Program-made: the position numbers and the translations under genes
Notes under the pieces: model-generated
Seen by the model: only the letters and a program-made list of their open reading frames with translations
Told to the model about the DNA's origin: nothing
Database searches by the model: none
Source: Octopus vulgaris
Taxonomy: Eukaryota
NCBI GenBank assembly: GCA_951406725.2
Contig: OX597816.1
Coordinates: 138,136,001-138,200,000, forward strand
Length of the DNA stretch: 64,000 nucleotides
Reading direction: 5' to 3'
Shown here: positions 43,016 to 56,925 of the stretch, piece by piece
Layout: each line of letters opens with the position of its first letter
How positions within the stretch are numbered: the first letter of the stretch is position 1

Positions 43016-44845
43016 TCAACGAGGAGTTTGCATATTAAGTTGTGTTTGGAATTTTTCAATAAAGAGATTCTCCTTGTTAATTCTCTCCTGTGTGGTGATC
43101 CCGTCTTTACATTGGTAGAAGGGGAATATATAGAATTTGGGGTTTAAGTCTTTAGCACATGAGTCTAAGTGGTCACTCAGTGGAATTTGTTGGTATTCCG
43201 GGAGATTTATTTGTTCTTTATGCACCGTTACTCGTTTACGTAACGGGAGACTCGTTTGTCCAACATAATTATGTTGGCAACCAGCGCATGTGAGAACGTA
43301 GATAAGGTTCTCGGAGGAACAGGAGAAGTTAGTCTTGATTTTAAACTTCGTACCTTGTTTGAAGGTAAATTCAGAGCCTTCAAGTAGAAAGGGGCAGGTA
43401 CACAGTTTGAGCGTGCACATTTTTTTACTGTTGGGGGTGGATGTGGTGTGTGAAGTTTGGCATTTGTCGAGAGTTTTTTTAAAGATTTGTGTTGCCTTTT
43501 ACATTTGAGGATTTTGTGTGTATTTATAATGTTTTTCATTTTTGGGTCTGTTGACAGTAGACTGAGGTTTTGTATGATTGTGGTGTATGCTTCGATATTT
43601 TTGGGGTTGTGGGTGGAAATGTATGGAAGTATTTTGAGGTTGTGTGTGGTGTTAGGTTGGGTGGTTTTCAGTGTAGTGTTATCTAGTTCTTTGGCGCGTT
43701 TTATTCCATACTCTACAAGGGTGGAGGGATATTGACGTTGTAATAGTGTTTTTTTGAGGTCTTGAAGGCGTATTTCTCGTGTTTTTGGATCCGAGACAAT
43801 GGTGCATACCCTTTTAGCTAAATTGAAAGGGATATTTGTCTTGGTGTGTTTTGGGTGGCATGAACTAAAGAGGAGGTATTGTTGTGAGTCTGTAGGTTTG
43901 TGGTAGATGTCTGTTATGATTTGGTTCTTAGGTGTTTTTATAATTAGGAGATCAAGGAATGGGAGATGATGTTTGCTTAATTCCATAGTGAATTGGATGT
44001 TGGGATGTATGTTGTTTAGTATGGTTTTGAATTCCAGGAGTTTTTCATAAGGTTCTTTCCATATGATGAAACAATCATCTAAATACCTTTTCCAGTTTTC
44101 CATTAGGTAGGTGTGGAAAGCATGTCCAAATTTATGGCTTGATATTTCATAGAGTGACAGTTCGAAGTAACCCATTATGAGGTTCGCAAGGACTGGTGCA
44201 GCCTTGGTACCCATCGCAATGCCACATTTTTGACGGTAGTGTGTGTCGTCGAAGAGAAAAAAATTTGTTTGTCAGAATGAACTTGAGAGATTCTGTAATA
44301 AAAGACTTGTTGATGCGGTCAGGGAATGTCACTGGGTGTTTTTCTAGCCAGAAGTCAATTGCCTCTATACCATACTCATGTGGGATGTTGGTGTAGAGGT
44401 TGATGACATCAAAGGATACCAGGAGTGCCTCCTCGTTAACTGTTTTCGGGAGGTGTTTGAGCATGTCCAGATCATCCCTAATGAAACTTTTGATGTGGGT
44501 AAGGAAAGGTTTCAAAAGGATGTCTAGGAAGTTACTCAGGCGGTGTGTTTCACAGGAGGTACCAGCCACGATGGGCCTTAGTTTTAGGTCCTCCGGTGCT
44601 TTGATGTTGATGTGGATGTCAGTGGAGAGTTTGCAGGCTTCGGTGATGTATTTGTTTTTATGGATTTTAGGAAGGCCATAAAAGAGGCTGGGCTTGCATA
44701 TGAAAATGGTGATATAATCCCTTTCTTTTTCTGTGAGTCCCTGACCGTGTTGGCGTATGAGTGTGGTGAGGTTTCTGATTGTTTTTTGCTGTTTGTAGTT
44801 GTTAATAACCTCATAGAAAATGTTATTGTTAAGCATGGAAAACAC
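43016..44845 (-). pseudogene. Penelope RT / GIY-YIG ORF with two frameshifts
   Basis: YGLPKIHK, LRPIV, FDVINLYTNIP, MGTKAAP, RYLDDCF, LPFLDL, YHKPT, SSCHP, NLIYVLTCAGCQHNYVGQT..LRKR...H. Confidence 0.93.
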
Positions 44846-44874
44846 TAGGTGTTTATAAAATTCGTTTATTGATC

Positions 44875-45230
<356 letters not shown>

Positions 45231-45279
45231 GTTTACGTGTGCATGTATGTGTATGTGGATTTATATATATATATATGTA

Positions 45280-45343
<64 letters not shown>

Positions 45344-45679
45344 GGTGTGTGTCTATATATATTATGAATAAAAGACGGTGGATTGTGGAACACACTTTAT
45401 AATTGAACACTACAGTTGTTGCAATAGAAACATTGCTGAAGTAATGTCAATCATGATCATGATCATCAGCATCAAGATCGTCGTGATTATCATCATCAAA
45501 GGCTGACACTCAGCTTGACTGCGATTGCCTACTCCCAGGCGCTTCCTTCGGGTTTGACCTACAAACCTATGAACTTCACAAATGTTGCTGCAGGTACACT
45601 GTGGATTCTTTCGCACTCTACCTATTGTTCTGACTGCCTTCCACGCCATGCTACTCTTAACGAAATCATGACTACGGAC

Positions 45680-45842
45680 ATGCCTGAAGGGTTTTTGCCA
45701 AATAAATCGACCCTAGGACTTATTTTTTTAAAGCCTAGTACTTAATCTATCGTTCCTTTTTGGCCGAAGCGCTAAGTTACGGGGACGTAAACATAGCATA
45801 ATTGGTTATCAAGCGGTGACGTAGAGACAAACACAGACACAC
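45680..45842 (-). mobile_element. SINE family B, partial
   Basis: Reverse complement of the family B 3' half. Confidence 0.7.
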
Positions 45843-45853
45843 ATAGATATATA

Positions 45854-46495
45854 CGAGGGGTGTTCATTAAAGATTTCCTCTGACCCACTTCCTAATGGCT
45901 GGGATAAACGAACCTCGGCATAATTATTAGTCCTTTTCTACATAGCCACCACCAGTGGTGACACACTTCTCCTATCGCTTTATGTAGCTGTGAAGACCTC
46001 ATCAGTAGAAGTCGGTAAGTTGCGCCTGGAGTCAAGGCTTTACCTCGGAAATAAGTTCACCATCACTGGAAAAGTGCTTCCCCATCAAAAAAGACTTTAT
46101 GGTTGGAAAGAGGTGGAAGTCAGATGGTTCGAGGTCGGGAGAATAAGGGGGATGCAGAAGGACTTCATAGTCGCAGGAGTGTGGTTTAATCTGGGGAAAT
46201 TGCGCATTGTGAACAAGACCATTGTCTTAGAGGAGGTGGACACCTTTGGTCAGCATGTCACACCTTTCTGTTTTGTTTGCTTCTCTCAATTTCTGCAACA
46301 GAGAAACATAGTATTCCCCGTTAATTGTGGCGTCTTTCACCCAGAAAATCCATCAACCCTATTTCCCGCTGGTCCATCACCTTGCCTGCTGAGGGTTTGA
46401 CACGAGGTGGTGAGTTATCATGCTTTCATTGCTTCGATTGGACTTTAGTCTCAGGATCATAGTGATGGACACATAAAGATACTTGACCCCCAGCC
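45854..46495 (-). mobile_element. Mariner (irritans-like) 3' fragment
   Basis: TIR CGAGGGGTGTTCATTAA...CTGACCCACTTCC related to 24940. Minus translation PYSPDLEPSDFHLFP and VHHYDPET. Confidence 0.85.
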
Positions 46496-46689
46496 CTGCT
46501 TGATGAGGCTGGGATCATCCTACGTTAGTGGTTCCAGAGACATCATCTCTGGGACTGAATGATGATAGGAAAATATTTTAAATTACTGGACGTGGAACTG
46601 TTTTGTATATTTGTGTCTTGTATATAAAGATGATATGCGAAGTTAAATGTGTATGTGTGTGTGTGCACATATGGACGTATGCATCCAAT

Positions 46690-46975
<286 letters not shown>

Positions 46976-47821
46976 CATGCATACGTCCATATATGCGCGC
47001 ACACATACACATTTAACTTCGCATATCGTCTTTATACACAAGACACATAAATATACAAAAACATACACACACACATATACATACATACATACACACACAG
47101 ATATGTATTTATGTATATATGACAATCTACAAAATATTTCGCATCATAGCCAATGCTATTAAAAATCTCAGAATAAGAAACATTAGAGTGAATTATCTGA
47201 TGGCAAAGTATAAATTCGAAAGGCCTTGTTCCATCATTAGTGGATAAATCATAGCTTAATAAAAAGTAGAAATATCTCCATATGTTAATACATCAGAGGG
47301 TACTGGAAAAAAAATAAAAGAAAAACGAAAATGGCCTCTAACGAGAAATCACGAGGTACCTTCTGATGTATTAACGTTTTGAAGTTAATATCATTATTCA
47401 TTATTAAGCAATGAATTATTCAGCAATAATGAAACAAAGATTGTAATCTTATCGTCAAAATATCAATAAAGATATGTATTATGCATGTAGTATGTATATA
47501 TATGTGTGTATGTGCGTGTGTATGTATATATCTGTGTGTAGATATGCGTAAATGGGGACAAGGACAAAAGCGTGCTCGAGTTCTATCGGAGAGTGTAAAT
47601 TTATGATTGTAATAATCTGTTTCTTTGGGTTTGAGCGTTTTATGTCGCATATAGGGCATGGCATATAGCCAAAGTTTAGATACCAAAGCGTTCTACTATA
47701 GTTTGAAATACCCAGGCATATATGCAGTTCAAATCATATTTCGTTAAATCTTGTCCTCTATCGGTAACATGGGCACATACAGAATATATATACAAGCCTA
47801 ATCGGAAGCATCTGGCAACAT

Positions 47822-47964
47822 TCTTCTGATGGAGGGAATCTGGCGTTGCCGAACGGATAAATAGGGACCTGTGTTATTCCATAAAACTACGAAATTACAG
47901 CTTTTATCATGTAATGAACGTAGTTACAGAATAAGACAAAGTTCGTCCGAAACAGCTGTCAAGA
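47822..47964 (+). ncRNA. Hammerhead-like motif with extended stem II region
   Basis: UCUU-CUGAUGG...long hairpin...GUCC-GAAA-CAGCUG-UC-AAGA. Confidence 0.45.
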
Positions 47965-48331
47965 TAAGACCATTCCATAACCCCTTTTGTTTATTTTGTA
48001 TTCTTTATTCTGTACTCTGCATTTTGTATTCGATATAAATATACTTGTTAACCCTACTTATTTTTATTTTCCTTTCTAGTTCATTGCATATATATATACA
48101 TACATATATATATACATACATATATATATACATACATATATACATATATATACATACATTTGAGGCGGCAAGCTAGCTGAATCGTTAGCATGTCGGACAA
48201 ACTGCCGTTCTGAGTTCAAATTCCGTCGAGGTCGCCTTTGACTTTTATGGAGACTGTCAGAATGGTATAGACGCCTCTGATGAGAACCCAATAATGTTCG
48301 AAAATCAATTAAGGTTATTCATCATTTTTAG

Positions 48332-48707
48332 TAGGCACAGGAGTGGCTGTGTGGTAAGTAGCTTGCTTACCAACTACATGATACCGGATTCATTCCCACT
48401 GCGTGACACCTTGGGCAAATGTCTTCTACTATAGCCTTGGGCCGACCAAAGCCTTGTGAGTGGATTTGGTAGACGGAAGCTGAAAGAATCCCGTGATATA
48501 TATGTATATCCATATATATGTGTGTGTGTTTGTATCTGTGTCTGTGTCTGTCCCCATCCCCAACATCGCTTGACACCCGATGCTGGTGTGTTTACGTCCC
48601 CATAACTAGGCTTACAAAGAATAAGTCCTGGGTCGATATCCTCGACTAAAGGCGGTGTTCCAGCATGGCCACAGTCAAATGACTGAAACAAGTAAAAGAG
48701 TAAAAGA

Positions 48708-48708
<1 letters not shown>
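48332..48708 (+). mobile_element. SINE family B
   Basis: Collinear with 38260-38674. Confidence 0.88.
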
Positions 48709-48749
<41 letters not shown>

Positions 48750-49324
48750 TTTACTCTTTTGCTCTTTTACTTGTTTCAGTCATACGTATACCAATGATGA
48801 AATAGGGATAGATGTCTTCCCAGAGAGCAATACTACTGACGTGGTGTAAGAGAATAATTTCTGAACTACAATGGCTAATTGGGACTTTAAATATACGTTG
48901 GGGTTGTCGACAAATTTTTCTCCATCAAGTTATATGATTGGGCTAGATGTGTCGCTAGGGGCCAATGATATTGATAGTCTCCTTGGTTGTAGGATTGTAA
49001 ATTTTTAATTAAGCAGGGTTATTTTGACTTTATGCATACGTAGGGATTGTCCACAAATTACAAATTTTCATCTATGGAGTAAAGCATATACCAGCTGTGT
49101 GATAGAGGTAGATATTTCATTAGGGGCCCAATAGCATCGATAGCTTTCAGGATTGTAGGATGACAAATCTTTATTTAGGCTGGGTAATTATGGCTTTAAA
49201 CAGACACAAATTTCCGTATCCCGAGTAAAGAATGTGACTATGAATTCATTGACTTGAGGCTTCATTTTTATCAATGGTTCACAGAACTCATTACACAGCT
49301 GGTTATCTTTTTATATGCATAGGT

Positions 49325-49672
49325 ACAGGCGTGGCTATGTGATACAGAAGCTTGCTTCCCAACCTTACGATCTTGGGTTCAGTACTGCTGCGCAGCACCT
49401 TAGGCAAGTGCCCTGGGCCGCGCAAAGCTTTGTGAGACGATTTGGTAGATATAACCTGAAAAAGGTCACTCGTGTTTATGTGTATATGTGTTTGTGCAAG
49501 TATATATCCATATGTGTGTGTGTGTGTGTGTGTGTGTACGTGTGTACAGAATAAGTACCACACTTCAAACAAATAGTAATTACTGCGCTCGATTTGTTCG
49601 ACTTACCTCTTCAAGATAGTGCCACAACATGGCCGCAGTCCAATGACCGAAAGCAAGTGAAAGATAAGATAA
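49325..49672 (+). mobile_element. SINE family B, diverged
   Basis: GGCGTGGCTATGTG...GGTTCAGTACT...ATGGCCGCAGTCCAATGAC. Confidence 0.75.
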
Positions 49673-50075
49673 ATGAAAACGATCGTTTGTGGAGGTAAAT
49701 AAATATGCTGCTTAAAAACTCAAAGCGATGTTTCCAGAATAATACGATCTCTCAGCCTTATCATTCAACATCTTAATCATTCCGTGTGTCACTAGGTCAC
49801 CTGCATATGCAACCATTTAAGCATGACGTTTTCGTAGTTTTAAATTATAACCTGAGGAAAATTTTAAATGGCAGCTTAAGTACGAAGAACATGTGAAGTG
49901 TGACGTTTGATTCTTTAACATGTCATCTGTTATCACAATAATAATTGAGAATTGATTTCAAAAGCATTCAACAGAATCGGCAAAAATGGAATGAAGAAAT
50001 ATAAAAAAATGAAAGGTATGTCAGTGATACAGCATTCAAAATTAATTTCCTTGTTATTATATGAAATATTGCATG

Positions 50076-50140
<65 letters not shown>

Positions 50141-50489
50141 TGTTTTTGTTGGTGGCTTTATCATCATCATCAGCATCATCATCATTATCATTATTTTTAT
50201 TATTAGTAGTAGTATTGGTTGATTCGCTTTTGCTTTAAAAGCTGATTGCTATCATTCTTGAAGGCGTCGGAGTTGCCAGTAAATATTAATGATTAGACAT
50301 GGACTTACCAACAAGCATATGATTGGAACATATCGTTATGTATATGCACTTGCAAATATACATATATGAATGTGTGTGTGCGTGCGCGCGCACGCGTGTG
50401 TCTGTGTGTGTGTATATCGCACACACACGCACACACACATGCATACATAAAATAACTGTTCTCTTGTATACAAGCAAAGCCATTGCTAG

Positions 50490-50762
50490 AAAGAATTACT
50501 ATAATGAGTCAATGCTGATGCACTGTGAAGCCTTTGTATGTCTCTTGAGCCCTGTCAAAGATTTGCACATTCTCTTGCATAATGCACAACTGTGCTGGCT
50601 GGCAGAAGGAACACGTGCCACAGCATGAAATCTTTTGACATGCCTTTTCAATCCTCCAATTGAAAGGCACACCATTCCACTGGTTCTGGTGTGAACAACC
50701 GTCGTATCACAATTTACAAGGGGTTGATCCCTGTCAATTCTCTGATGGCTGACCAGGCCTGC
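50490..50762 (-). mobile_element. RTE-like C-terminal fragment
   Basis: CLSIGGLKRH...CALCKRMCKSLTGLKRH. Confidence 0.55.
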
Positions 50763-51009
50763 ACATACACATACATACGTACATACATACATACATACAT
50801 ACATACATACATACATACATACATACATACATACATACATACATACATACATACATACATACATACATGCATGCATACATGCATACATACATACATATAT
50901 ACATACATATACACAAACACATACATACATACACAGATGCATGCATACATACATACATACATACATACATACATACATACATACATACTTACATACATGT
51001 ATATGTCTT

Positions 51010-51126
51010 CAACAAGAGCCCAGGGGCATAGCTGAAGGCACTTGCCCAAGTTGCGCGCAGTAGGACTGAACCGAACACCACGTGTTTGCAAGGCAAGCTT
51101 CTTTGCCACACAGTCATGCCTGCGCC
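51010..51126 (-). mobile_element. SINE family B head
   Basis: Minus strand GGCGCAGGCATGACTGTGTGG...GGTTCAGTCC...CTTGGGCAAGTG. Confidence 0.75.
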
Positions 51127-51867
51127 TACATATCTATAACAATAGCCCATAAACCATCACACCTATCATAAGTAACCACCACCACCGAAACCACCATCAC
51201 CAAAACTACAACCACCCCCACCAAAATTATCAAGACCACAACCAACACTCCCACCACCACAACCTCCACCATCACAACCACAACCACTATCACCACCAGC
51301 ACAACCTCCACCATCAACTAACCGCAAAACCACCAAGACCACCACCACCACCACCACCACTACCGCCGCCACTACCATTACCACCACCACAACCACCACC
51401 ATCACCACAAAAAACACCAAGACTACAACGACGACGACGACGACCACCACCACCACCACCACCAACTTCATATACAGCAGCATTTCGCAAACATAAGCTA
51501 AACCATTACAATCCCAGCTGCAGAAGAATCAGGAACTGCAGCGTCATCTCCACCACTAAAACCATCACCATCACTACCAACACCATTTTCGGTCATAGGT
51601 ACTGCCCCTCACTACAGTCCCCAGCATCCAAAACCATTCCCACGCCACTCGTCACAGCAACAAGGCTACCACCATTAACACCAACAACATCATCAACAGT
51701 GAAGTTGACCAGCCTCATAGCTTCCATCACCGCCACCAGCGTAGCAAAACATCCCTCATACTATCTTCAACAACTACCATCACATGTACAACCACCTGTA
51801 CCACCGTCAGTATCACCACTGACAACAGCAGCAATATAAACTCGACTACTATAACCTCTACGATTAC

Positions 51868-52020
51868 TAGGCATGGCTGTGTCGTTAAGAAGCTCGATTT
51901 GCAACCAGTTGGTTTCCAGTTCAGTCCCTTGGGCAAGTGTCTTCTACTATAACTCCGGGTCAACAAATTCCCTGCGAGTGGAATTTGGCTGACGGAAACG
52001 GTATGGAAGGCCGTCGTATA
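51868..52020 (+). mobile_element. SINE family B, partial
   Basis: GGCATGGCTGTG...CTTGGGCAAGTGTCTTCTACTAT. Confidence 0.75.
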
Positions 52021-52046
52021 CATAAATACATACATATACATACATG

Positions 52047-52104
<58 letters not shown>

Positions 52105-52105
<1 letters not shown>

Positions 52106-53249
52106 GTAATAAATGGTGTCATTATATTGTGAGTTTTCTGTTGCAAATCCAATTTTGTGAACCCATGGATGGATAAAAAAAATTCGTGTTGTTTATGTAT
52201 ATGAGTTCCGTTGTGAAACCAATGAATCCCAGACAGCTCGAAATATCAATGAGGTGTTTGTTGAAGATGTGGAGAATGAGCGCACTGTGCGTCGATGGTT
52301 TGAGAAGTTCCGGTCTGGTGACTTTACACTTGGAAATCAGCCCCGTGTTAGATCTGAGACCAAAGTGGATAATGATGAGCTGGAAACTGTAGTGGAAGGA
52401 GATACATCTCAAACCACGCGTAAGTTAGCAGCAAGGTTTGATGTTTCGATTCCACCTGTGTTGGACCATCTGAAACAAATCGGCATGGTAAAGAAGGTGG
52501 AGAAGTGGGTACCACACGAACTAAACGAGCATCAAATGACACGTCGTCTTGAAACTAGCTGTTCTTTGCTGTCTCGGCATAAAAGCGAACCATTTTTGCA
52601 TCGCATTGTTACGTGTGAGGAAAAATTAATTCTTTTAAAAAATAGCAAGCGTTCTGCACGGTGGTTGGATAGAGATGAAGTGTCAAAATTCAATCCAAAA
52701 AAAAGAATATTCGCCAAAAAAAGTTAATGGTGTCTGTTTGGTTGACCAGCGCTGGTGTCATCAACTACAGGTTCATGAGATCTGGTAAGTCAATTACAGC
52801 GGATGTATACATCAACCAACTCGATGAAATGATGAGGGAACTTGCAATTAAACAACCGTGATTGGTCAACAGAGATAAGAAAATTCCTAGCAAGATAATG
52901 CTTGACCACAGTAGAACGCTACTCAAGTTACAAGAACTGAACTTGGAAGAACTCTGTCATCCACCATATTCACAAAAGCAACTGACAATCATGTTTTCCC
53001 GGCAATAGACAACTTTTTACAAGGAAAAGATCTTCAAATCTGAAGAAAATGCAATAACAGCCATTAGTGATTTTATCACCTCTTGCTCTCCAGAATTCTT
53101 CGCTGCCAGCATAAATAAGCTACCGATAGAATGGCAAAATTATGTTGATAATTTAGGTGCATAGTTTAATTTAACTGCTTTGGTTTTTGTTGAGTAAAGT
53201 AAAATAAACTTTTAATTCAAAATCGGACATTTCATTCTTAATGACCTGA
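52105..53249 (+). mobile_element. Degenerate mariner (WVPHEL type), left TIR missing
   Basis: ERTVRRWFEKFRSGDF, KWVPHEL, FLHRIVTCEEK, QDNA, HPPYS. Right end ...AATGACCTGA-TA. Confidence 0.9.
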
Positions 53250-53599
53250 TACATACATACGTACATACATACATACATGCATGCATACATACATACATAC
53301 ATACATACATACATACATACATACATACATACATACATACATACATACATACATACATACATACATAAAGAACATACATGCATAAATACATACATACATA
53401 CATACAAACATACATACATACATTCATACATACATACATATATGGTAAATGAAACACGGAAGGTGGAATATACAAGAATTTATTATTAATCACGCATCTA
53501 GCATCGATCTCTCATGAGAGGGACACTCAACAACTGGTTCGGGAGCATCCAGCGGTGCAGATGTGTCTCATCGGTCGATAAATAGACAGAACTTGTTAA

Positions 53600-55140
53600 A
53601 ATAACAGTTCTGCAATGTATTTTCTCATTTTGTAGAAAGGAAAGCAGCGAAATGATGGAAATATCTTCATTTATAGAGAAGATCAAAAATAAAATCACAG
53701 ATGCAAGAACAGAAACGAACACGCAATGCAGCGAGAAAAGTATTAAAAATAACCGTTAACAAATATGAATGTAGAAATGCCCTCACGCAATCTGCATGGC
53801 GCGAGTACATTCGTTCATAGAAGCATCCACGAAAATGTAAGCATATGTATACATGTGTTTTGTTGCACTCACGATCGCAAAGCGAGTTAACTAGCTACTT
53901 GGTGTTTATAAGAATGGGGAGGTTAAAAATAAACTTAATTCATCCATACCTTAAAGTAAATTATGTTAATAGTTACTCAAATTCATTCTAACTGCATTGT
54001 GCGAAAATACAATTATATGCTTGTAGGCATCTTGGAGAGTCTTTCAGAAATTCTATTAATGATCCTCTCAATAGTCTACAGAATAGACAGGGATTCCTAG
54101 GAGCAGAGACGACATCTCTTGGAAATGATATTGTCTGGTTTCGCGTGCCTTACTATGGACTAAGTTATGCTGTTACTAACTGTATCCTCCTTCAGTTACC
54201 ATACAAAGTCGGCCAAAGATGTTGAATATATCTTATCGATTCTCTTAAAGCTGGTGACATGGTTACGATAACGATTCTTAAATGAATCAGCCGTCTGCCC
54301 AATGTAAATATCCGGCCCTCCCCGTGTGTGCACGGTACATTTATATACAAGATTTGTACTCATACAGAGGTTCATCAATGGGCATTTTGAGTTTTCTTTG
54401 CATGAACATTTATCACATTTATTCGCATATAAGGCAGTTCCGATTCCATTTTCCGATGTTGCTACCGTGTTAGCTGTATCATAAGCATTTCTGCTATTAC
54501 AATTTGACTGTAATTGGTGTTTTCATTGCAGTTTACATCTTCTTTGTTGGTATTTAGATACGCATGTTTGCTAGATCCAGTAGGTGGGTTATTGAACTGT
54601 TGTCGCATTTTACTATTGTTTATGCCGTGTATAAGCTGCTCTAAATTAGCAGAATTAGCGTAGGATACCTCCACGGTGTGCTGATTAAAAATAGTATGAT
54701 ATTGATTAGATTTAGTAAAACATTTGTCCGAAGCGCAAAAAATTTTCCAGTGACCTAGGTTGAAACATGCGAACCGAAAATTGGGTTGAAATAGAGGACA
54801 TCCTGATTCCTATATCTGCTGTTAGGCTTAATTGTCGTGTGTATCTATGAGTTTTCGTTGGCAGCTCATTGTCTTGACCAATTCTTCCCGGCCTTTATTC
54901 TCTGAGTGAGTTCTCAAACCGTGACGTTGTGATGGTGTACAATGTGTATTACAAATGAAGAAATTACCAGTGTTGTGTATGCCTGCTTTTTGTATATATT
55001 GAATTTCTTCACGGTACCCAACATCATAATAATTTGCATGTGATTCGAAAATTTTATTATTAGCGGATAATCTAGAAATTCTTGTAGAAAATTCTTAACT
55101 AATCCCCGTATTATCGAGGGTGGATGGTTGGAAGCTACAT
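53600..55140 (-). mobile_element. Naiad-type Penelope fragment (thumb, GIY-YIG, probable 3' region)
   Basis: SNHPPSII, YFNP, VEVSY, CSCKENSKCPLMNLC..NLVYKC, YIGQTADSFKNRYRNHVTSFK, KRCRLC. Confidence 0.85.
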
Positions 55141-55164
55141 TCATGTATTTAACATGATCATATA

Positions 55165-55293
55165 AATCCTTTCTATCGAAGAGCGTGGGCTTGAAATGTA
55201 AAAGACTTTTCCATTTTTCCCGAGTGTTAAACTAATACACCTGCTTGTTGTCCCTACACCTATCTTCGTCTTTTGTTTTTTGTAAATTTGGAC

Positions 55294-55298
<5 letters not shown>
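55165..55298 (+). mobile_element. Penelope pLTR-like short repeat with decayed hammerhead
   Basis: Homologous to 59972-60100 and, more distantly, 61955-62030. Confidence 0.7.
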
Positions 55299-55339
<41 letters not shown>

Positions 55340-55849
55340 GGTATGTATACACACATGCATATGAAAAGAACGGTATTTCTTTAATCTTTTCTACATATAT
55401 TTATGTAGAAAAGATTCTCTCCACTATTTGTAGCTTCTATATTTTGAGAAGGACGCAAAGTAACTTAAACCACGGTCATTCTTAATCTAAGATTTGTCTC
55501 AGTCTTTGAATTCCCCACACACACATACGCACACGCACACACACACGCAAGCACATACACACACATGTATATATATATGCATGTATGTATGCATGCATGT
55601 ATGTATGTGCGAGTGTGTATGTCTTTGCGTCTATGATATCACCGTCACTACTTGACAACCGGTGTTATTTTGTTTACGTCTCTTCTACCTGGCGGGTCAG
55701 CAAAAGAGCCTAATAGAATAAGTATGAGGTTAAAAAAAATTCTAGGATCGATTTGTTCGATGAAAACTCTTCGTGGAGGTACCCCAGTGACTAAAATAAC
55801 TATAAAGGAAAGAAATGCAAATAAGTACCACCAGTATTGGTAGAAGTTA

Positions 55850-55876
55850 GAAGCATCACAACCTCTACCACTATCT

Positions 55877-55943
<67 letters not shown>

Positions 55944-56925
55944 CACAAACATCAACATCAGTAGTACCACGACCACCTCAATCATCATACCACCGACTCA
56001 TCCACCACCACAACGACAACCACCGACATCACAGCTACGACCACAACCATCACCACAGCTACCATCATTACCACCACTACCACGACAACCACCACAGCAA
56101 CCACAACCATCGCAACTACAATCACCACACCACCACACCACTTCGACCATCACCACCATCACAACCACGAAACTCACCACCACCTCAACTATCACCACCA
56201 CCAGCGTCTCCAGCTCCTTGGCACCTCTACCAATCCCGTCATACACCATCGTCGTCGTCACCATCATCACCAGCATTACCACCGTCGCTATTTCTCTCCC
56301 GTCATCACCACTACCACCACCACCACCACCACCACCACCACCACCACCACCACCACCACCACCACCACCATCACCACTATCATCGTCCGCAATAGTAGCA
56401 ATCACTAACTCCATCTCCCACCGCAATCACCATCACCACTATAACCATCACCCCCAACATAACTATCACCACTACCACCACCACCACCACAACCACAACC
56501 ACACCACAACAACCATCACCACCACCACCTTCACTAACACCACAACCATCACTACCACCACAACCACTACCATCACCACTACCACCACCACCACCACCAC
56601 CACCACCACCACCACCAAAACCTTTATCACCAACACCACTACAACAACCTCCATTATCTCGACCACTTCCACCACCACCACCACCACAACAACAACAACA
56701 ACAACAACAACAACCAACACCACAACTACCACGCCATCACTATCGCCAACATCCCTTCCACCAATACCTACACAAACACAACCACCGCCTCCACCCCCAC
56801 CGCCACCATCAACAACAACAACAACAACACATTCACCTCTATACTATACAATAATACACTCTACTATATATATACTACCACCTTCGCCTCTTAGAGTAGC
56901 TTCCAACGCCACCGCCACCGCCGAA
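55850..56925. repeat. (ACT)n/(ACC)n/(ACA)n low-complexity tract
   Basis: Degenerate trinucleotide repeats. The Thr/Pro/His ORF is an artefact. Confidence 0.85.

Larger units (their letters stand above)
42250..44845 (-). mobile_element. 5'-truncated Penelope-like element (Neptune-type) with 3' region
   Basis: RT plus Cys-linker plus GIY-YIG, an AT-rich 3' region and a terminal hammerhead-like motif. (TA)n flanks. Confidence 0.9.

Noticed and set aside
53520-53575. Minus-strand CCGAUGA-GACAC...GUGUC as a hammerhead
   Set aside because: GAAA and the cleavage triplet are absent.
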